Source: Clostridia bacterium
GTDB lineage: Bacteria > Bacillota > Clostridia > CAKSNL01 > HGM11501
NCBI GenBank assembly: GCA_045588365.1
Contig: JAZNEB010000013.1
Location: forward strand, 128,803 to 192,802
DNA: 64,000 nucleotides
Reading direction: 5' to 3'
The position numbers were made by a program, and so were the translations under genes. Below, one piece after another: positions 45,723-54,557 of this stretch. Below the pieces are notes generated by a model that saw nothing but the letters and a program-made list of their open reading frames with translations, was not told where the DNA came from and searched no databases. Each line of letters starts with the position of its first letter. The first letter of the stretch is position 1.

Positions 45723-46619
45723 ATGAAAAAAATCTTTGCACTACTGCTTTTATTTGTGCTTTTATTTATGTTTACCGCCTGCGGAGAAAAGTCAGAGCTT
45801 TTATTTAAAAATGATGAGCTTTTAAAAAGCACTTCGGTTTATTATGACATAAATTCTGACGGGAAAGATGAAGAAATTGAATTCACCGTAACTGATGACG
45901 GATTTCTTTTAATAAGAGCCAACGATTGGGTTACGGACTTGGGAGAGGGATATCTTTATGCTCTTAATGCAGTTTACGGTCTTGATATAGACAAAAATGA
46001 CGGAGAAAAGGAAATAGCCGTAATAACCTATGAAATGAGCGACGACGCTTTTTTACGAGTTTTAAGATGGGGTGAAGAAGGCCTTTATACCTTGGATTTC
46101 AAGGTGGGAGATTATGTTTCCGATGATGCTTATATAGGCTACGAAGCTGAAATTACCTTAAACGGAAAAAACAGAATAAAAACCTCTGAAAGAGGTTATC
46201 TGGGTATGTGGACCATAGAGGCGGAATATGTCTTTGACGGAGAAGCCTTCGTAAAGGAAGAAAAAATGGTAAATGACATTGTCCGTTCATCCTACGCTTA
46301 CTATGAAAATGAAGAAGCGGCTGAACTGATGGGCGGGGATTTAATTGACTACGGAATTTTACAGAATGAAGAAGAAATTGAATTACTTAAAAAAGGCTAC
46401 GTTATGGCACATGCCGACCACAACGGAACAGAACTTAAATGTCCCTACGGCAATTCCGTGAGGCTGTTAAAAGGGGATATATTCAAAATAACAAAGGAAT
46501 CAAGGGACGGATTTTTGTATATCGAGAAAAAAGGCGGAAAATCAGGCTGGATATATCTGGGTGATTTTGCCGATAACAGATACGACGTTTCTCCCCTGGC
46601 GTTCTTTATGGCAGACTAA
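45723..46619 (+). CDS. Lipoprotein of unknown function
   Basis: AAAGGAG RBS. The signal peptide has the lipobox FTAC (MKKIFALLLLFVLLFMFTAC). Confidence 0.6.
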   Translation: MKKIFALLLLFVLLFMFTACGEKSELLFKNDELLKSTSVYYDINSDGKDEEIEFTVTDDGFLLIRANDWVTDLGEGYLYALNAVYGLDIDKNDGEKEIAVITYEMSDDAFLRVLRWGEEGLYTLDFKVGDYVSDDAYIGYEAEITLNGKNRIKTSERGYLGMWTIEAEYVFDGEAFVKEEKMVNDIVRSSYAYYENEEAAELMGGDLIDYGILQNEEEIELLKKGYVMAHADHNGTELKCPYGNSVRLLKGDIFKITKESRDGFLYIEKKGGKSGWIYLGDFADNRYDVSPLAFFMAD

Positions 46620-46622
46620 TAG

Positions 46623-46657
46623 AAAGTCATTTCCGCTTTTTGCGGAAATGACTTTTA
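46623..46657 (+). terminator. Intrinsic terminator
   Basis: aaagtcatttccgc ttttt gcggaaatgacttt followed by T-rich sequence. Confidence 0.75.
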
Positions 46658-46673
46658 TAAAAGAGGTGTTTTT

Positions 46674-47456
46674 ATGGTAACGGTTTTTGATATTGCAGAA
46701 AAAATTGAAAAAGTGGCTCCCCAAAATCTTAAAGAGGATTTTGACAATGTGGGACTTTTGTTTGGAAGAAGCGATAAAGAGGTTAAAAGGGTGCTTTTAT
46801 CCCTGGACTCCACAGAAGAAACTGTGGACGAAGCAATCGAGAAGGGGGCGGATTTGATAATCTGCCATCACCCTTTGATTTTCAATCCGCTAAAGGCCAT
46901 AACAAGCGAGGACGCTTTAGGACGAAGCCTTATAAAGCTTGGAAAGAATGATATTTCCGTCTATTCGGCACACACCAATTTGGACAAGGCAAAGGGCGGA
47001 CTTAACGATTTGTTCTTAAAAAAGCTCTCTCTTACTGCAAGCGAAAATCTTGAAGGCGACGGGGCAGAGGACGGAATAGGAAGGATAAGCCTCTGTGAAA
47101 CAACTCTTTTTGAAATGATTAAAAGGGTAAAGGATGCCTTTGATTTACCTGTTGTGAGATACTCGGGAAATGATGGAGAAATCAAAAAAATCGCCGTCTG
47201 CACAGGGTCGGGAAGAAGTCTTGTTTCAGAATGTATAAGAAAAAAATGCGACCTTTATATAACAGGTGAACTTCATCATTCTGACATAAATGAGCTTTTG
47301 GCTGACAAAGTAAGCTATATTGAGGTTACCCATTTCGACTCCGAAGTAATCGTTACGGAGCTTTTTTCGGATATTATCAGTAAAAATTTCCCCGAGGTTG
47401 AAATTTTAATTTTCAAGGAAGAAAATAAAATAAAGAATTTCTTTACCAAGACTTGA
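46674..47456 (+). CDS. Nif3-like dinuclear metal centre protein (YqfO/GTP cyclohydrolase 1 type 2 family)
   Basis: NVGLLFG ... DLIICHHPLIF ... SAHTNLD ... C-terminal THF(D)SE motifs. Confidence 0.85.
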   Translation: MVTVFDIAEKIEKVAPQNLKEDFDNVGLLFGRSDKEVKRVLLSLDSTEETVDEAIEKGADLIICHHPLIFNPLKAITSEDALGRSLIKLGKNDISVYSAHTNLDKAKGGLNDLFLKKLSLTASENLEGDGAEDGIGRISLCETTLFEMIKRVKDAFDLPVVRYSGNDGEIKKIAVCTGSGRSLVSECIRKKCDLYITGELHHSDINELLADKVSYIEVTHFDSEVIVTELFSDIISKNFPEVEILIFKEENKIKNFFTKT

Positions 47457-47950
47457 CACGAGTCGAAATGTGTCGAAGGATGAAGAATGTTGTTAAAAAT
47501 GCAAAGGAGATAGCTTTATATATTTTTAATGCTGAAACTCATATAGCAAAGGCGATATCCACATTATCATTGGAGTATAACCCTGAAATATATTTGTGCA
47601 AGAATAATCTCATATTAGAGGGAAATATTTCAGGCGGGGAATTTATAATTATTAGCAAAAATGGTAGTATGCCTTTTGCAGCATTTCGTCAAGGAGAAGA
47701 TGAAGAAACTATAATCAATCCCAATGAAATGGAATGGAAGAGCTTGGAAGAGTGGTAATTTTTCCTCGTGTCAAGTCTATAAAATTTAAAACATTTGTCT
47801 GCCGATTTATGATATTTACATAAAAAAGTCGGAGCGAGAAAATCCAGTATTCTCGCGGGTTCTAAGGAATTTTGTTCAGAAAAAACACAGTGAAAAAATT
47901 AGAAAAAATAGTAGGTCCTATTATTCACTGTTCACCAGACTTGACACGAG
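47449..47950. repeat. 14-nt repeat AGACTTGACACGAG in direct, inverted and direct arrangement around a small ORF
   Basis: Copy A 47449-47462 (+) overlaps the nif3 stop codon. Copy B 47765-47778 is inverted. Copy C 47937-47950 (+). A and C also share flanks (ACCAAGACTTGACACGAGT versus ACCAGACTTGACACGAGT, a 1-nt indel) and a second box (ATGTGTCGAAGGA versus ATATGTCGAAAGGA). A degenerate pair ACTTGATACGA ... ATGTGTCGCAA lies at 48371-48430. Confidence 0.85.
47468..47758 (+). CDS. Hypothetical small protein (start uncertain: 47468 or 47480)
   Basis: ORF between repeat copies A and B. The ORF-track TTG start at 47453 is the TTGACA inside repeat A. No family recognised. Confidence 0.35.
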   Translation: MCRRMKNVVKNAKEIALYIFNAETHIAKAISTLSLEYNPEIYLCKNNLILEGNISGGEFIIISKNGSMPFAAFRQGEDEETIINPNEMEWKSLEEW

Positions 47951-47978
47951 TATTATGGATATGTCGAAAGGAGTTATG

Positions 47979-48357
47979 TATGAATATAGAAAAAGCTAAA
48001 AAGATTATTTATGATAATTGTTATGGAGTAGAAGGAAGTTTTACGGACTCTTTGTATAATGAAAATATGTTTTCAGAAGAAAAATTTTGGGATTATTATG
48101 ATAGTATAGTTGTGTTGGCAGGGTTAAAGAAAGAAGAAAAAGACCTTGAATTGTCAATGACATTAAGTAGAAGCTACCAAAGAATATTAAAGGAGTTTGT
48201 GTGTCACTTTGTTCCAAGTGATATTGCTGATTTTGATTGTTTCCCCGAAAATTATAACGAGTACATAGAAAGGTTAGATTTTGCAATACTTGCATATGCA
48301 GAAGGTAATTTATCATTGGTAAGAGATGATAGATTTGATTTGAAACGAAACAAATAA
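47979..48357 (+). CDS. Hypothetical 126-aa cytoplasmic protein (immunity-protein-like size and composition)
   Basis: ATG 47979 lies 6 nt after AAAGGAG, directly downstream of repeat copy C. No signal peptide and no recognised motif. Confidence 0.5.
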
Positions 48358-48475
48358 TTTTCAACTCTAACTTGATACGAACTGCTTAAAAAATAAGTTT
48401 GCATCTAAACCTTATGTGTCGCAATAATTTTGTCAAATGGAAGGAAATATATATTGGAAAAATGGAGGCAAAATA

Positions 48476-49495
48476 ATGAATGCATTAAAAAAGATAGGAA
48501 ATATAATTCCGGGGTTAGCAATATCGATGCTGATAGCTTTTGTGGCAAAAACCATAGAAGGTTTATTACCCGTACATATTATAGGGGCATCGGTCATTGC
48601 TCTGTTTCTGGGAATGACGGTAAACTACTTCTGGAGACCTGAATTTTTTAAACCGGGCATTAAATTTACATCGAAAAAAGTATTAAAGTTTGCGATTATA
48701 CTTCTTGGCGCTTCCCTCAGCGTGAGAGTTATTCTTTCTGTAGGAAAATTGTCGTTGATGGTGATGGTTTTCACTCTTTTAACCTGCTTTGGGGGCGGAT
48801 ATTTTATAGGAAAAGCCCTCGGACTGAACTGGAAATTGTCAAACCTTATTTCTGCCGGAACGGGAATTTGCGGAGGCTCTGCCATTGCCGCAATCGCTCC
48901 TGTTATTGATGCAGAAGATTCTGATATTGCATATGCTATGTCTGCTACTTTTTTGTTTGACATGGCAATGATTCTTCTGTTTCCCGTTATGGGCAGAATG
49001 ATGAACCTTACTGATATGGCTTACGGATTATGGGCAGGAACAGCAGTTAATGACACCTCCAGTGTAGTTGCGGCAGGGTATGCATTTAGTGAAGGTGCAG
49101 GAGATTTTGCCACTATGGTAAAGCTTACAAGAACTCTGTCTATTATACCTACCGTTCTTATTTTTTCTTTTGTTAATTTAAGAATTAAAAAGAAAGAATC
49201 GGCAAATGCCCAATATAAAAAGGTGAACATCTGGAAGCTTTTCCCCTGGTTTATCTTATGCTTCCTTGCTTTAGCTGCCGTTAACAGCTTAGGGTTAATT
49301 CCTGCAGAAGTTTCAGCGGGTGCAAAAGACATAAGCAAGTTTCTGATGGTTGCAGCGCTCAGTGCCATAGGATTGAATACAAGCTTTAGGGATATGAAAA
49401 AATCGGGTATAAATCCCATGATTCACGGATTTATTATATCGGCACTTGTTGTTGTGGTTGCCATAGGCGTTGAATGGCTTATGGGTTTGGTATAA
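48476..49495 (+). CDS. YeiH/UPF0324-family membrane protein (putative sulfate exporter family)
   Basis: Polytopic protein with family-typical GICGGSAIAA and AGTAVNDTSSVVAAG segments. ATG 48476 follows GGAGG. Confidence 0.75.
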   Translation: MNALKKIGNIIPGLAISMLIAFVAKTIEGLLPVHIIGASVIALFLGMTVNYFWRPEFFKPGIKFTSKKVLKFAIILLGASLSVRVILSVGKLSLMVMVFTLLTCFGGGYFIGKALGLNWKLSNLISAGTGICGGSAIAAIAPVIDAEDSDIAYAMSATFLFDMAMILLFPVMGRMMNLTDMAYGLWAGTAVNDTSSVVAAGYAFSEGAGDFATMVKLTRTLSIIPTVLIFSFVNLRIKKKESANAQYKKVNIWKLFPWFILCFLALAAVNSLGLIPAEVSAGAKDISKFLMVAALSAIGLNTSFRDMKKSGINPMIHGFIISALVVVVAIGVEWLMGLV

Positions 49496-49643
49496 AACAC
49501 ATCAGTCTGTTTGCCCGTCTTGACAAAAGCCTGAACTACGTTGCATTTTGCAGATACAATGAGATGGTTTTGTTGTAGGGGGACTTAAGGGGTGCTCTCA
49601 GAACTTTGTGAATTCAATTATTTTTTATGAAAAGAGGAAGCAT

Positions 49644-50291
49644 ATGACCGAAATAATCAAAATAACGGAAATAATAGGAACTCTTGCCTTTGCACTTTCA
49701 GGCTCTCTGGTGGCAATAGGCTCAGGTCTGGATATTTTCGGCGTTGTTTTTCTGGCGTGCATCACTGCTTTTGGCGGCGGAATTGTAAGAGATATATTAC
49801 TTGGGATAAATCTGCCCGGGATTTTTTCGGACCTTACAATTTTTTTAACAGCAATGTTTGTTGCCGTAATTACCTTTACAATAGCATATATATTTAAGAC
49901 AAAATTTGCTTTACTTAAGGCAAGGATAGAAACAGTCAACAATGTGTTTGATGCAATAGGGTTGGCTGCTTTCGTTGTAATCGGGTCTGAAATTGCCTGC
50001 ATTAACGGTCTTTCGGATAATGGATTTGCAGTTATCTTCTCAGGGATGATTACGGGAATCGGAGGCGGTATTTTCAGAGATATACTGATAGATACGACGC
50101 CATACATATTTAAAAAGCATATTTATGCAGTGGCGGCAATTGTTGGAGGCATTGCATATTTTGCTTTGAGAGAAGGCACGGGAAATATAAACTTGGCATC
50201 TCTTTTGTCGATGCTTTTGATATTTGTGATAAGGATGCTTGCCACAAAATACAGATGGAGCTTGCCGAAAATACATATAGATAATGATTAG
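49644..50291 (+). CDS. TRIC-type (UPF0126/YadS) cation channel family protein
   Basis: Duplicated UPF0126 halves, each with a GGG-x-x-RD motif (FGGGIVRDILLG and IGGGIFRDILID). Confidence 0.8.
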   Translation: MTEIIKITEIIGTLAFALSGSLVAIGSGLDIFGVVFLACITAFGGGIVRDILLGINLPGIFSDLTIFLTAMFVAVITFTIAYIFKTKFALLKARIETVNNVFDAIGLAAFVVIGSEIACINGLSDNGFAVIFSGMITGIGGGIFRDILIDTTPYIFKKHIYAVAAIVGGIAYFALREGTGNINLASLLSMLLIFVIRMLATKYRWSLPKIHIDND

Positions 50292-50347
50292 TGATTTAGC
50301 TTTCCAGAAGAAAGCCACACCAGAGAAGAAAACAAAGGAGAAAGATA

Positions 50348-50875
50348 TTGAAAGTTAAGCTTGATAAAAAGATGTTTTATAATAATCTTTATAATATGCT
50401 TCGTGATGTTACGCCCCTTAGAGTTGACTGCGGAAAGCTTTGTAATGGTGCCTGCTGCGCCGTAACAGACGAAATTACGGGAATGTATCTTTTTCCCGGG
50501 GAAAAGGTGATGTATGACCCTTGCCCTTCCTGGGCAGAATTTTTCGATGTGGACTTTACATATAATGGCGGGAAAAAAGTCAAGCTCATTACCTGCCCGG
50601 GCACCTGCGACAGGGATTTACGCCCTCTTTCCTGCAGAATTTTCCCTCTCGTACCCTACGCAAAAAGGGGAGAAAAATTAAAGATTATAATGGACGTACG
50701 TGGCAAAGGTCTTTGCCCCCTTGCCACCGCCATGAAAACCTCTGACCTTAATCCTCTGTTTGTAGAAAGAGTAAAAAGAGCCATGGAAATATGCATGAAA
50801 ATCAGAGAAACAAGAGAATTTATATATTCTCTTTCAGAATCACTTGACGAAATGCAAAAAGTATTTTTGCCGTAA
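50348..50875 (+). CDS. Cysteine-cluster protein (YkgJ/CxxCxxCC-like putative Fe/Zn-binding)
   Basis: DCGKLCNGACC cluster plus downstream conserved Cys. TTG start lies 7 nt after AAAGGAG. Confidence 0.45.
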   Translation: MKVKLDKKMFYNNLYNMLRDVTPLRVDCGKLCNGACCAVTDEITGMYLFPGEKVMYDPCPSWAEFFDVDFTYNGGKKVKLITCPGTCDRDLRPLSCRIFPLVPYAKRGEKLKIIMDVRGKGLCPLATAMKTSDLNPLFVERVKRAMEICMKIRETREFIYSLSESLDEMQKVFLP

Positions 50876-50890
50876 TTTTGGTATTATAAC

Positions 50891-50919
50891 TTGAAGTAAA
50901 TAAAATAATATGTTAAAAT
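50891..50919 (+). promoter_or_regulatory. Sigma-A-type promoter for the P-type ATPase
   Basis: -35 TTGAAG (50891-50896), 17-nt spacer, extended -10 TGtTAAAAT (50911-50919). Confidence 0.5.
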
Positions 50920-50937
50920 GAAAATCACATTGAAAAT

Positions 50938-53580
50938 ATGGAGGGACCTTTGTTGGAAATACTGAGTAAAACCAAAGAAGAAGTTGTAAGTTTATTTAAT
51001 TCTGATATAAATGAGGGGCTTACGAGCCAAAAGGCGGCAGAGCTTCTTATAAAAAACGGAGAAAACAAGCTTAAGGAAAAAAAGAAAAAGTCTATGGCTT
51101 CCCGTTTCTTTGAGCAGTTCAAGGACGTAATGATTATAATTCTTTTAATAGCGGCGGCAGTGTCCTTCGGTATCGCCTGCTATGAGGGTGAGCCTAAGGA
51201 GTTTTTCGAGCCCGGACTTATAATTTTAATTGTAATATTAAATGCTCTTATGGGCGTAATGCAGGAGAGCAAGGCAGAAAAGGCACTTGAAGCATTAAAA
51301 GGGCTTTCTGCTCCTCATGCCAAGGTTATAAGAGACGGAGCTACACAGGTAATTGAAGCATCAAAGCTCGTGGTGGGAGATATTATACTTCTTGAAGCGG
51401 GAGATTTTGTTCCCGCTGATGCCCGACTTATTGAAAGTTCAAGCTTAAAAAGTGAAGAATCTGCCCTTACGGGAGAATCGGTAAGCGCTGAGAAGGACGC
51501 AGAGGCTCTTGTAAACGAAGATGCTCCTTTGGGAGACAGATGTAACATGGTATATTCCTCCTGCATAATCACCTACGGAAGTGCAAAGGCGATAGTTACC
51601 GCAACGGGCATGAATACGGAAATGGGTAAAATCGCAAACCTTTTGGAAAGCGAAAAGGAAACCCGTACACCCTTGCAGAAAAAACTGGCTGATTTAGGTA
51701 AAATTCTTGGTATTGTTGCGATTTTTGCCTGTGCGATAATTTTTGTTATCGGTCTTTTAAATGACATTCCGCCTCTTGAAATATTTATGACATCAGTATC
51801 TTTGGCAGTATCGGCAATTCCCGAGGGACTTCCTGCCATAGTTACCATTGTCTTATCCATCGGAGTTCAGAGAATGGCGAAGAAAAACGCCCTTATAAGA
51901 AGACTTCCTGCAGTTGAAACCTTAGGCGGAGCCTCTGTTATATGCTCGGATAAAACAGGAACCTTAACCCAGAACAGAATGACACTTCTCAAAGCCTATA
52001 CAGAAGGCGGAAAAGTGGAAGAAATAAACGAAGATATATCGGACAAGGTGAAAACCCTTTTATGCTACGGAACACTTTGCTCCGACGGAAGCGTGGTATT
52101 CCATGAGGACGGAAAGGTAGAGCATATAGGCGATCCTACGGAGACAGCTATTGTTATGGCGGCACACAACGCAGGCATGGATAAAAAAGAGCTTAATATG
52201 GCGTATAGCCGTCTTGCTTCACTGCCCTTTGATTCTGACAGAAAGCTGATGTCAACCATAAATGAAATTGACGGAAGAAAAGTGGTTATCGTAAAGGGTG
52301 CCTTTGACATAATGGAAAAGCGTTGCATCAAGGGAGACCTTGTAAAGGGACGTGAAATAACAGAGGCTTTGAGCCGTGAAGCATTAAGAGTTATAGCGGT
52401 GGGCTATAAATATATTGATGAAATTCCCTCTGAATTAACCGGCGAAAATCTTGAAAATGACCTTAATTTCATGGGTCTTTTGGGGATGATTGACCCGCCG
52501 AGACCCGAGGCTAAAGCGGCAGTTGCCATTGCAAAGAAAGCAGGAATCAAGCCTGTAATGATAACGGGCGACCACATAATTACCGCCTCTGCCATAGCGA
52601 AAGAGCTTGGAATTATGGAAGAGGGAGATTTAGCCATAACAGGAGCGGAGCTTGATTTAATGAGCGATGAGGAGCTTTCTGAGAAGGTTTCTTCCATTTC
52701 TGTTTATGCAAGAGTGTCCCCTGAAAACAAAATAAGAATCGTCAAGGCATGGAAGGAAAAGGACAAGGTCGTTGCCATGACAGGGGACGGCGTAAATGAT
52801 GCTCCTGCCTTAAAGGCGGCGGACATCGGCTGTGCTATGGGTATTACGGGAACAGATGTGGCAAAGGGTGCCGCCGATATGACGCTGACGGACGATAATT
52901 TCGCAACAATTGTAGATGCAGTATCGGAAGGACGTGGCATTTACGCCAACATCAAAAAAGTGGTAGGCTTCTTACTCGGTACAAACATAGGTGAAGTAAT
53001 AGCTGTATTTGTAGCAATGCTCCTATGGCATAAAACGCCTCTTTTATCAATGCAGCTTTTGTGGATAAACTTAGTTACGGATTCACTTCCTGCAATAGCT
53101 CTTGGTATGGAAAAGGTAGAAGCTGATGTTATGGAAAAATCGCCCAAGCCCAAAAACGAGGGAATTTTCGCTCATGGCTTTGGCGTAAGGATTGTGCTTC
53201 AGGGCGTGATGTTTGCAGTTTTAAGCCTGACGGCTTATGTAATCGGTGCAGGCTCCTTAAATCCTTCGGAAATGAACGAGGGAAGAGGACAGACCATGGC
53301 TTTCATGGTGCTGGCTCTTTCCCAGGTTATTCAGGCATTTAATATGAGAAGTGAACACTCCCTTTTCTCCATAGGCTTTTTTACAAATAAAAAGCTCAAT
53401 ATGGCAGTATTGTCTTCAATAGTTTTGGTTGCACTTGTGCTTTTCACACCCGTAAAGGTTGCTTTCGGTCTTGAAACACTTTCTTTATGGAACTACCTTT
53501 CGGCTTTGGGACTTATACTGGTTCCCTTGGTTGTGATGGAATTTTCAAAGGCAATCGGCTTAATAAAGCATCATAAATAA
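50938..53580 (+). CDS. P-type Ca2+-transporting ATPase (PMCA/SERCA-like, P2 type)
   Basis: Motifs TGES, CSDKTGTLTQN, MITGD and TGDGVNDAPALK. The start is ambiguous (ATG 50938, or TTG 50950/50953 behind GGAGGG). Confidence 0.9.
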   Translation: MEGPLLEILSKTKEEVVSLFNSDINEGLTSQKAAELLIKNGENKLKEKKKKSMASRFFEQFKDVMIIILLIAAAVSFGIACYEGEPKEFFEPGLIILIVILNALMGVMQESKAEKALEALKGLSAPHAKVIRDGATQVIEASKLVVGDIILLEAGDFVPADARLIESSSLKSEESALTGESVSAEKDAEALVNEDAPLGDRCNMVYSSCIITYGSAKAIVTATGMNTEMGKIANLLESEKETRTPLQKKLADLGKILGIVAIFACAIIFVIGLLNDIPPLEIFMTSVSLAVSAIPEGLPAIVTIVLSIGVQRMAKKNALIRRLPAVETLGGASVICSDKTGTLTQNRMTLLKAYTEGGKVEEINEDISDKVKTLLCYGTLCSDGSVVFHEDGKVEHIGDPTETAIVMAAHNAGMDKKELNMAYSRLASLPFDSDRKLMSTINEIDGRKVVIVKGAFDIMEKRCIKGDLVKGREITEALSREALRVIAVGYKYIDEIPSELTGENLENDLNFMGLLGMIDPPRPEAKAAVAIAKKAGIKPVMITGDHIITASAIAKELGIMEEGDLAITGAELDLMSDEELSEKVSSISVYARVSPENKIRIVKAWKEKDKVVAMTGDGVNDAPALKAADIGCAMGITGTDVAKGAADMTLTDDNFATIVDAVSEGRGIYANIKKVVGFLLGTNIGEVIAVFVAMLLWHKTPLLSMQLLWINLVTDSLPAIALGMEKVEADVMEKSPKPKNEGIFAHGFGVRIVLQGVMFAVLSLTAYVIGAGSLNPSEMNEGRGQTMAFMVLALSQVIQAFNMRSEHSLFSIGFFTNKKLNMAVLSSIVLVALVLFTPVKVAFGLETLSLWNYLSALGLILVPLVVMEFSKAIGLIKHHK

Positions 53581-53582
53581 TA

Positions 53583-53617
53583 AAAAAGGTCTTTCTCTTT
53601 TGAGAAAGACCTTTTTG
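53583..53617. terminator. Bidirectional intrinsic terminator between the ATPase and the M23 peptidase genes
   Basis: aaaaaggtctttctc tttt gagaaagaccttttt. Confidence 0.8.
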
Positions 53618-53623
53618 CGTTCC

Positions 53624-54382
53624 CTATTTTATATATTCCTTTGGATTAACTCTCTTTCCGTCCTTAATGAGCTCGAAATGAAGATGGGGCTCATCCTTTG
53701 ATTCTGAAAGGGCACTTTCGCCCACATAGCCTATTATGTGCCCTTTTTCTATCTCCTGATTTTCAATAACGGTTGTTTCCGCATGCAGGTTTGCATATAA
53801 ACTTTCAAAACCGCCGCTATGCTTTATTCTTATATAAATTCCCAAAAACGGATCTTTTCCCAAGGATACTACAGTTCCTTTTTCTATGCAGGAAACCTTG
53901 CTTCCCAAAGGAGCACTTATATCAAGAGCCTCATGGCTTCGCCAGTCTTCCATGGTTTCGGAGTATAAAGGGGAAAGTGAAAATATCTTGGATATACCGC
54001 CTGATAAGGGCATTTTGGGAGAAAACAAATTATCCGAAGCGGTTTTAAGTGTTTTTCGTTCCTTTTCAAGGTCCTCTTTTTTTACCAGGGGCTCTTTTGG
54101 GATAGTGCTTTCAGGAAAAGCCTCGGGAATTATAATATCTTCTTTTTTCACTCTTTCGTCGGGAGTTGTAACTATGGTGTTTTCCTTATATACTCTGTCC
54201 GTTGAAACCTCTTTTCCCTCGGCGGAAAAAGCGTAGTCGTTGTTTTTTATAAGTTCATTTTCTCTTTTTATACTTTCCATTTGTGTAATAAATCCCGCAA
54301 TAAGGGCGAAAATAAAGGAAAGGGAAAAGACTATGGGTGTTTTATATTTTTTAAGGAATTTTTTAATTTTTTCCAAAATCAT
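53624..54382 (-). CDS. M23-family peptidoglycan metalloendopeptidase with an N-terminal membrane anchor
   Basis: HEALDI ... GHIIGYVG ... PHLHFELIKDGKRVNP M23 motifs, plus an N-terminal TM helix. Confidence 0.8.
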   Translation of the reverse strand: MILEKIKKFLKKYKTPIVFSLSFIFALIAGFITQMESIKRENELIKNNDYAFSAEGKEVSTDRVYKENTIVTTPDERVKKEDIIIPEAFPESTIPKEPLVKKEDLEKERKTLKTASDNLFSPKMPLSGGISKIFSLSPLYSETMEDWRSHEALDISAPLGSKVSCIEKGTVVSLGKDPFLGIYIRIKHSGGFESLYANLHAETTVIENQEIEKGHIIGYVGESALSESKDEPHLHFELIKDGKRVNPKEYIK

Positions 54383-54465
54383 TCAATCCTTTCGTTTGTT
54401 TTAATATTTATTCTGTATTATGGGTAAAAATCAGGCGAAATATACCGATAAATTTCAATTACTGC

Positions 54466-54494
54466 TTGAAATATTGTTTTTTTTGGTGTATAAT
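54466..54494 (+). promoter_or_regulatory. Sigma-A-type promoter for lon
   Basis: -35 TTGAAA (54466-54471), 17-nt spacer, -10 TATAAT (54489-54494). Confidence 0.5.
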
Positions 54495-54504
54495 ATAAGT
54501 TATG

Positions 54505-54538
54505 CTAAAATGCCTTATTAGACGTATTTGCATTTTAG
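54505..54538 (+). promoter_or_regulatory. Perfect 9-bp inverted repeat in the lon leader (operator or 5'-UTR hairpin)
   Basis: CTAAAATGC (54505-54513) and GCATTTTAG (54530-54538) are separated by 16 nt and lie between the -10 box and the RBS. Confidence 0.4.
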
Positions 54539-54557
54539 ATGTAAGGAGGATAAAAAA

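Noticed and set aside
54383-54557. CIRCE or CtsR heat-shock operators upstream of lon.
   Set aside because: Neither consensus is present. Only the unrelated 9-bp palindrome reported above was found.
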